NCBI RefSeq assembly: GCF_009914755.1
Contig: NC_060940.1
Strand: one strand, 5' to 3'
From: the human T2T-CHM13v2.0 reference genome, Homo sapiens
Length of the DNA stretch: 64,000 bases
Shown: one piece after another, positions 49,316 to 64,000 of the stretch
Layout: each line of letters starts with the position of its first letter
Position numbering within the stretch: the first letter of the stretch is position 1
Program-made: the position numbers and the translations under genes
Notes under the pieces: generated by a model
What the model saw: the letters and a program-made list of their open reading frames with translations, nothing else
Database searches by the model: none
Told to the model about the DNA's origin: nothing

Positions 49316-49759
49316 TAGAGAAGTTTGGTATCAGCAACCTGACTGTGGTCCCTGAGCTCTGGCCAGCCCTTCTTCTGGCCTATAGATGCTGATAGGCCCA
49401 TGGGACCATTACAGGAGTGAATAGGAAGTGTTCCCAGCAGCCGGGTGCCTGGGGGGCAGATTGGAGAAGCCTGGTCTTGGACAGGCCTCTTCAAGCTGAC
49501 CCCAGGGCATCCACTTCCCCTGTGGAGGAAGCTCCTCAGGTTAAGTGAACATTCATTGATTTTAATTTTTTCTCCTGGAAAACTGGCTTGCTGCTCCCAT
49601 CCCCAGAGGCATCCATGTCCCAGGGAATTACCAACTCTCAGCATGTAACTTACATTGCGCGTCGACTGTGAAATCAAGGAGAACAAGAGACGAGGAGCTT
49701 GCGTGCTGGCGGAGAGGGACCGATGAATCATGAACGAATGAGAAAGAGACAGATAAGGG

Positions 49760-50200
49760 TGACAAAAATAAAATGTGTTGGTCTGAAAGCAGTGGGACTA
49801 CTTTAAGTTGGGGTCAAGGAAGGCTGTTCTGAGCAGGTGGTATTTGGGCTGAGGAATGAGACAGCCGTTTCGGGCCCCGGGGGAAACTCATTCCAGGCAG
49901 GGACACAGCAGATGCATGGCAGGTCCCACGTTGGGAGGACTTGAGGTCATCATTAGAAGGTTGGGTTTTATTCTCTCTGCAATTAGAGATGTTTGGTAGG
50001 TTTTTAACTAGGGAGTGACATGATGTGTTTCACTTTAAAATAATCCCTATGGCTGCTCCGTGCAAAGTGGATTGAACAAGACCTCGATGGGATCAGAGAG
50101 ACCATTTAGGTGGCTGCCACAGTCAATTACAAGTGGAAGTGGCTTGGATTCAGGTGGAGACAGGAAGAGAGGATGATCTGGAAATGCCCGGAACAGTCCA
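49760..50200 (-). mobile_element. L2
   Basis: gtcaaggaaggctgttctgagcaggtg..cattccaggcagggacacagca..gggagtgacatgat. Confidence 0.7.
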
Positions 50201-50207
50201 GGCATGA

Positions 50208-50618
<411 letters not shown>

Positions 50619-50929
50619 CCTGTGCAAGCTTTAAATTGCAGGAGGTGATCCTTTGTACATTGGAGGTGGTAGTAGTAATAGCTGACATGATCAGTAAAAA
50701 TATTCATTGAGATCATACATTCACTTTCTGGAGCTGCTGCAAAAAAATTGTCACAAACTGAGTGACTCAAAACAATGGAAGTTTATTCTCTTACAGTTCT
50801 AGAGGCCAGAAGTCCAAAATCCAGAGATCAGTAGGACTGTACTCTCTCTGATGGCTCTAGGGTTCCAACTTTGCCTGCTGCCAGAGGAGTGGTTGAGAAT
50901 AACTGAGTACATGGCCCTCCTTCAGCAAT

Positions 50930-51800
<871 letters not shown>

Positions 51801-52019
51801 CTGTGCCACATAGTTTTGGTTGAAGTAGTTACAGAACCGCCCCAGATCAAATGTGGGAAGAGATAGATGCCACCTCCCAGTGAGGGACTACTAGGTCACA
51901 GAGGGAAGAGATTGGGGAGGGGAGATGCTGTTGCGGCCATCTTTGGAATGTACAAATGGCCACTTGAGTAGTGATTACTTCATTTATTTATTTTTGCAGG
52001 GAATTTTTTTTTTAAAGGG

Positions 52020-52813
<794 letters not shown>

Positions 52814-52969
52814 TGATGCTTGTCCTGAACGCACACTGTGCTGGGTGTAGGATACAGACATGAGTATTGCAGGTGTGGTTTTTGCCCTCTCACAGCTTGT
52901 GGTTACTTGGAGAAGAGCCATTAACTAAAATTGCAAAATTAATTTTGGGGAAAGGGGGCTGGACTTTCC

Positions 52970-53910
<941 letters not shown>

Positions 53911-53981
53911 TTGACCTTAATTCTTTAACAACAGCAGTATGGACTGTGAAGGAAACATGTTCTGTGCCACAGGAGCATATA

Positions 53982-54055
53982 GTAGTGAGCTGTAATCAAA
54001 TCTGCAGTGAATAACGTGGTAGTGAGCTGTAATCAAATCTGGAGTGAATAACGTG
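53982..54055 (+). repeat. 37-bp tandem duplication
   Basis: gtagtgagctgtaatcaaatctg(c/g)agtgaataacgtg x2. Confidence 0.97.
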
Positions 54056-54713
54056 AACACTGGGAAGAGAAGCACTCACCCTTACTAAGCATGCACTATT
54101 GGCCAGGCCCTGCCCTTAGAAGGAGAGGGTGAGACCTGCCTGGCCAGAGGCCACAAGCTCTGGAACAGTCCCCGATGGGTTGGACCCCACCTCTGCTCTT
54201 CACTATCCGATGTGACTGAGCAGGTGACTTCACTTTGCTGTGCCTCAGTTTTTCCTTTTGTATAATTAAAATACTGATGGTTACTGCATTATTCCCCAAA
54301 CCTTAATGATCAATAAACATGGAGCTCTGTAATGAGGGAGCTTGCATTGTTCTGGGGATGCTGAGGAGATAGAGGTAAAATAGGAGATACCTGTTACGCA
54401 GGAAGAGGTGAGGGAAGGGGAGAGGGAGGGCAGGGGTGCAACTGAAAATCAGACAGCCAAGACCTGAGGAAGACAGGGCGGGAGCCCCTGGCTCTCTGTG
54501 GAAGAGATTTTTGGGGAGTGGAATGGGCAGGAGCAGGCTCTTGGGTCAGGCTCATCTGGCACGTTCAAGGAACCACGAGGGGGCCAGTGTGGCTGGAGCA
54601 GAGCAGGAGGGGGTGGCAGGGAGGGGAGGGACATGGAGGTGTAGGTGTAGGGGGGTCCTGCAGGCCTCCTGGAGGCCACTCTGATGGCATTGGCTGTCAC
54701 TCTGCGATGGGGG

Positions 54714-55418
<705 letters not shown>

Positions 55419-55827
55419 GGGGACCACTGGAAGGTTTTCACCAGAGGGAGGACTGGTGTGATGTGACCTGACTTTTGCAAAGGACTGCTCTGGCTCCTAT
55501 GTTGATTGCACACAGACCACAGCCCATGAGAGGAGAAGGTTGATGCTTAGGACACGGCGGGAGCCCTGGGGCTTGGATCACAGGGGAAATGATGGAGGCA
55601 GGAAAGTGGGCAGATTCTGGATCTGTTTTCAAGATGGAGCCAACAGGATTGACTGATGGACTAGGTGTGATGCATGAGAGTGTGCCAGGAAGATGCAGGC
55701 ACCGAGATCCAGGTAGAGTTGACGAACACCTCTCTACTGTCAATGTATTGTTTTTACGGGTACCTTGTATTTATATGAAAGGATACTGGCTTTCTAGATA
55801 CAGTAATGATATAAAAGTTTCCACTTA

Positions 55828-56197
<370 letters not shown>

Positions 56198-56449
56198 TTA
56201 CAAATGTTGGTAAATAATAGAGCGTTTAGGTGGATGGCAAATGGTGACTTAGGGAAAGCACACACTTTGTGTGTTGCTGACATGTTAGCAGAAAAAGGAG
56301 ACAGTGTCTGAGGGCAAAAGTGGCCCTCTTGGGTCTGTGTCCGTTCTCTAAAAACTGAACTCTGCTTGAAATTGAGTGAAATGGATCACCAGTTTGTTAT
56401 TGGGAAGATAGGAAAGACCTATAGTTTGAAGGCTTGGAATGCCTACATG

Positions 56450-56640
56450 GGGGACCAGCAAACTGTTTCTGTAAAGGGCCAGACAGTAAGTATTTTTGGC
56501 ATGTGGGCCATGTGGTTTCTCTTGCCACTATTCAACCCTGCCATTGTAGCGCAAAGCAGCCATGAATTAATAGGTGTAGCTGTGTTTCAATAAAGCTTTA
56601 TTTAAAAAAGCAGGCCAGTGGCCATAGTTGTGGATCCTTA
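56450..56640. mobile_element. MER58A
   Basis: gcaaactgtttctgtaaagggccagacagtaagtattt..tgtgtttcaataaagctttattt. Confidence 0.85.
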
Positions 56641-57506
56641 GCCTACAGTCTGCATCCCAGAGCACAGAGCCTCAAGAGCATCCTCTTTCCTGGCCTTCCA
56701 GAAATTTGAGACTTCTTAACTCCAAGCTTTCCTTTCTTCCACTATCTTGGGATGAGTCGAGAAGTTTCCCTTTGTGTCAACTGCAGGTGCACTAAACTCC
56801 CTGAATGTGCTGACCTACTTTCAACTTTAAGTATTTCCACCTGGGAACTAGAATCAAATTTGACTGGTTCAATGCTAGAAAGCTAATGTCCTTTTTATAG
56901 TCTGTTTGGAAGCTCATCTCCTCTTTCCACACCTTCGGAAACCAAACGGAACACAGATCAATTTCCAAGTGCCTCTGGGGCTCTCTGTTAATGCCACGTC
57001 AAGTTACTCAATAGTTGTTTTCCTATAATTAAATATCTGGACACATTGGGCTGCCATCCACTGAAGTTACTCTCATGCCCTGGTGAAGTATCTCTGTGCC
57101 TATTATTTGAGAATGCTAGAGAGACTTCTTTTCTCCAAACATTTGATAAAATTAATAATACAGGTTATTAATGAAGAATCAGAAACTACAAAAAGGTGGC
57201 AACAAATAGACGGCCATGCCATGGCCTCATATCCAAAATGCAACGGTGCTAAACAGAAAACACATGTCTTTCCAGCCTTGCTTTATTGTGTAGCAGTTTA
57301 TGATTTTGTTTTTTTGTGCCTGTAAAAAATTGTAGCCAGACTGCATATAAAATTTTACGTTCTTTTTTTCTCTCATTACATGGCTTAAAAAATCACTTCC
57401 CTGTCTTTTTACACAGTTTTCAGTTAATGTCATATAATCAAGCTGTTGTACCACAACTTATTTGAGCAATCCTCTACCATTGGTCATTTACATTGTTTTC
57501 AACTGA

Positions 57507-57686
<180 letters not shown>

Positions 57687-57768
57687 TGAGCATAGAACTA
57701 TTCCTTCATGTAGTATTGCTTGCATTAGCTAAATTTCTAGAGTTGGGATTTTTTTTTTGATGGGGTGC

Positions 57769-58135
57769 TGTATTAGTCCATTTTCACACTACTATAAAGA
57801 TACTACCTGAGACTGGGTAATTCATAAACAAAAGAGGCTTAATTGACTCACAGTTCCACATGGCTGGGAGGCCTCAGGAAATTTACAATCATGGCAGAAA
57901 GTGAAGGGGAAGCAGGCACCTTCTTCACAAGGTGGCAGGAGAGAGAGAGAGAGAGCACACAGGGAAAACTGCCACTTTAAAACCGTCAGATCTCGTGAGA
58001 ACTCACTATCATGAGAACAGTATGGGGGAAACTGCCCCCATGATCCAGTCACCTCCCACCAGATCCCTCCCTTGACACATGGGGATTACAATTCAAGATG
58101 AAATTTGGGTGGGGACACAGAGCCAAACCATATCA
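57769..58135 (-). mobile_element. THE1 (THE1D-like) solo LTR
   Basis: tgtattagtccattttcacac..gactcacagttccacatggctgggaggcctc..cacagagccaaaccatatca; TSD ggtgc/ggggc. Confidence 0.92.
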
Positions 58136-58805
58136 GGGGCTTTCCAGTCTTTACTGGAAAGCCTGCTAGACAAATTTTAAAAGAGCTATAACACTGAGTT
58201 GGGATTTCTTGAGGTCAAAATATTTAATATCTCTTTATGTTGTTTTCCAAAAGGTCTGGATTCAGATACTCTCCAGCAGTGTCTGTTGGGAGAGAGAGAG
58301 CCAGGGGTGATGGTCTGGCTTTCAGACCTGAGATCAGACAGGCAGATAGCTGAACTCCCAGGCAGTTCGTTGGTTGGTGGTTGGTTTTTTGCTAGGTTTT
58401 AGTTGTTTTTTTGTTCTGAATCTCATTTCAAAGAGAGCAGATTGACTCCACACCTAATGCACATCCTCAGTTTCACAAAGCAGCTAAGAGCAAGTCAGGT
58501 TTCATAGTCCAAATGATGCTATTGCTTGAGTGTAATTGTGCACCAGCCATTAGCCCACATTTCTTGGTAGAGCCTCGGTGCCCTTGGATTATGAATTTGC
58601 ACACAGTGGAATCGCAACAATTTGTTTTATAGTTCTGTCCTTTGAGGGAGTGACATTTCTTCCAAGGTCTCAGCTCCTTTAATCTATAAAATGGGAATAA
58701 TAAGAATTCACTGGACAAATATTCAGTGTGCCTGTTGGGAGTGTTGGGCATGTGCAGTCCATCTCTGGGGCTAGCATGGAAGGCGTACATTAAAAAGATA
58801 CTCAT

Positions 58806-59452
<647 letters not shown>

Positions 59453-59855
59453 TTACGCAAGAAGCTATAAGAAATTACAGCAAGACAATTGTATATCCAC
59501 AAGAAGGTTTATAAATGCTTCTCTGAAGAGATAACATGGAGTGTTTGCGACCTGAGTGATTCCTAGGTTTTGGCTAAGGAGGAATGAGGGAAGCAGACGG
59601 GGCTGCAAGAATGGCAGGTGCAAAGGCCCTGAGGCTACAGAGCTCTGTGCCCTCCAGGAATCAGAGGGTGGAATGGGTGGGGTGGCATGTCAGTACTCAG
59701 AAAAGAGATGCAGGCAGAGGTGGGTTAGGCAAGGTCCCAGATGCCTCATGAAAGGCTGGGAGCCACCACTGAGCTAAGAAGTGACAGGCTAGGGGAGTGG
59801 AGGCTGGAAGATGACTCTCTCCCTGTGCTAGTGAGCAATGCCCATGGTGGTCTAG

Positions 59856-60178
<323 letters not shown>

Positions 60179-60427
60179 AGAGTTAGAGACATTTTAGAGG
60201 CAAATGAGAGTCCCTTTTCTTCCTCCTTTCCCTAATTTCACCCTCAAGCTGATGACCATGTAATTGTGGTTATGTTCAAGAAGTGAGAGCTAAAATGGGA
60301 TTTACCTTTACGTCAGTTTGCAAGAGGCAAGAGAGAAGCTTACATTTCTAAAACAGCAGCCACACCGTGGAACCTAAAAGCTAGCTGGACTTCACTCCAG
60401 TGCATCCTAGCCAGGAATTAGGGAACT

Positions 60428-60560
60428 TTTTTTAAACTTTATTTATTTATGTTGTAGAGACAGTTTCCCAGGCTGGTCTTGAACTCCTCAGCTCAAGCAA
60501 ACCTCCAGCCTTGGCCTCCCAAAGTGCTGAGATTACAGGAGTGAGCCACTGCACCCGGCC
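60428..60560 (-). mobile_element. FLAM / Alu left monomer
   Basis: TSD agga(a/g)ttaggg. Confidence 0.85.
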
Positions 60561-60821
60561 AGGAGTTAGGGATATTGGCAACCCCAGGTTATCATCCCAG
60601 AACCAGTCATGAAACTCATGAAATCATCACCACCATCCCCATCTCCAAGAGAATCTCTCTAGTACTTGCATGTCATGATTAAAATCAGTGGTCAGTCTTG
60701 GCCTGAGTAGGAGGAGAAAGCTGGAACCAGTGGACTTCCTGATATGTGATCCCATGAAAGAGTGAAGTCCGTCTTGTGTTCCTATGGGTAGCTGCTCTGG
60801 AGGGTGGAAGCCTGAACTTGA

Positions 60822-61292
<471 letters not shown>

Positions 61293-61639
61293 AATCAAAT
61301 TCTTTAAAATTAAGTGCCACAAGTTAAATTCTTTTCTTAGAGGTTTAAATGTTACAGACACATGACTGACATGTAATAAATATTCAGCATTCATTGGCAA
61401 GAACAGGAGAAGCCAGATGGCTGGATGAGCTTTGGGCTTTGGTTCAAACTGCAGTTCCCCAGATAAATAGCTCCGGGATCTTGGGCATGTTCTAAACTAC
61501 CTGGGCTTTATTTTTTCCCTCTGTAGCTTGTAAGAGCACCTACTCCACAGACTCATGAGAATAAACAGCAGGTGCTCAATAAACGGTGGCCAGTATTGTT
61601 ATTTAAGGTTTACACTCGCTTTAGGTGTATGTCAGTCCC

Positions 61640-62945
<1,306 letters not shown>

Positions 62946-63137
62946 TAGCTTTTGTTACATGTATTAGGGATGTTTAGTATTCAGAAGGGGGCTAGGTAAA
63001 CCCTGAAGACAAATGAATAACAGTAACTCTCATTGGTTTAGCAAGATAGACTTTTGCATGCCATTTCTACCTCCATGTTGACATTTGACCTTCAGAATGA
63101 CCTTGGGAGGTATGATCAAGCCCTTAGAGAGATGAGA

Positions 63138-63397
63138 GGCTGGGCATAGTGGCCCACACCTTTAATCTCAGCACTTTGGGAGGCGAGGTGAAAGGATTGC
63201 TTGAGCCCAGGAGTTCATAACCAACCTAGGCAACACAGCAAGTCCCCGTCTCTACAAAAAAATAAAAACATTACCCAGGGGTGGTAGTGCATGCCTGTAG
63301 TCTCCCAACTACTCAGGAGGCTGAGGTGGAAAGATCACTTGAGTCCAGGAGGTTAAGGCTGCACTGAGAGAGAGAGAGAGAGGGAGAGGGAGGGAGG
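63138..63397 (+). mobile_element. 3'-truncated AluJ ending in (GA)n
   Basis: breaks at ggctgcactgagagagag. Confidence 0.85.
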
Positions 63398-63599
63398 AAA
63401 TAGGCTCAGGAGCAAGCACCTTCACATCTGAGCAGGAACTAGAACTAGGCCTTCTTGTACCAACCCTCTGGATTCTCTCAACTTTCCAAGCTTCCAAAGT
63501 TTGTTTCTGTGTTTACTTCACTCTCTGGTTAGGTGGTTTCTACAGGAGTCTTTAGAACAAGAGAGAAGACCGACATTTATTACAACCAGCAACCAACGT

Positions 63600-63900
63600 T
63601 AATCACTTTCCCATATCAGTACATAAAGCGCCATCGCATTCTTTTTGTTGAATGCAGGTTATTCTGCATGATGGATGTACCCAAGTTTATTTTAACCAGT
63701 TCCCACTCATGGACAATTAGGTTATTTTCAATTTATATCAATGAGACAAATTCCTTCAAGTAGAATTATGCTAGGGATCAATGGTTTGCGCATTTACAAT
63801 TTTACAGATTTTGACAAATTGCTCTCCAAGCCATTTGTATGAATTTCCTCTCCTGCCAGCAATGAATGAAGTGCCAGTTCCCCTGCATCGTGAATATGGC
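63600..63900 (-). mobile_element. L1ME-type fragment
   Basis: ttttaaccagttcccactcatggaca..caaattgctctcca..cctgccagcaatgaatga. Confidence 0.7.
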
Positions 63901-64000
63901 CAAATATTTCATGATAAAAATTCAGTGTGGAGAAAGCAGAGGAAAGGTGAGATAGCAGCTGGGAGGCCGTCAGGAGGTGGGGGCAACTGTCCAGGTAGGA

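Overview
Primate (human-like) genomic DNA dominated by interspersed repeats: roughly 65-70 Alu elements or monomers, plus many MIR, L2, L1 fragments, MaLR/ERVL LTRs and MER/Tigger DNA transposons. I find no credible protein-coding exon; the ORF track is almost entirely Alu-, LTR- or GC-derived noise. The main functional landmark is a CpG-island promoter at about 26.7-27.55 kb (Sp1 GC boxes, two reverse CCAAT boxes) with a probable non-coding first exon on + that ends at a strong donor (GAG|gtgagc, 27383). The rest of the window would then be a long 5' intron; I cannot name the gene. A full-length 7SL pseudogene lies at 35.9 kb. Best second-look items: a split-spacing REST/RE1 site about 7 kb upstream of the promoter; a locally templated, iterated insertion in an Alu copied from 1.8 kb away; a TSD-bounded Alu-MLT1-Alu composite insertion (Alu-carried flanking DNA); a 38-triplet GGA tract with adjacent candidate exons; and a double-octamer palindrome. 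I do not see a demonstrably new biological system. Repeat boundaries and subfamilies were assigned by eye and are approximate.
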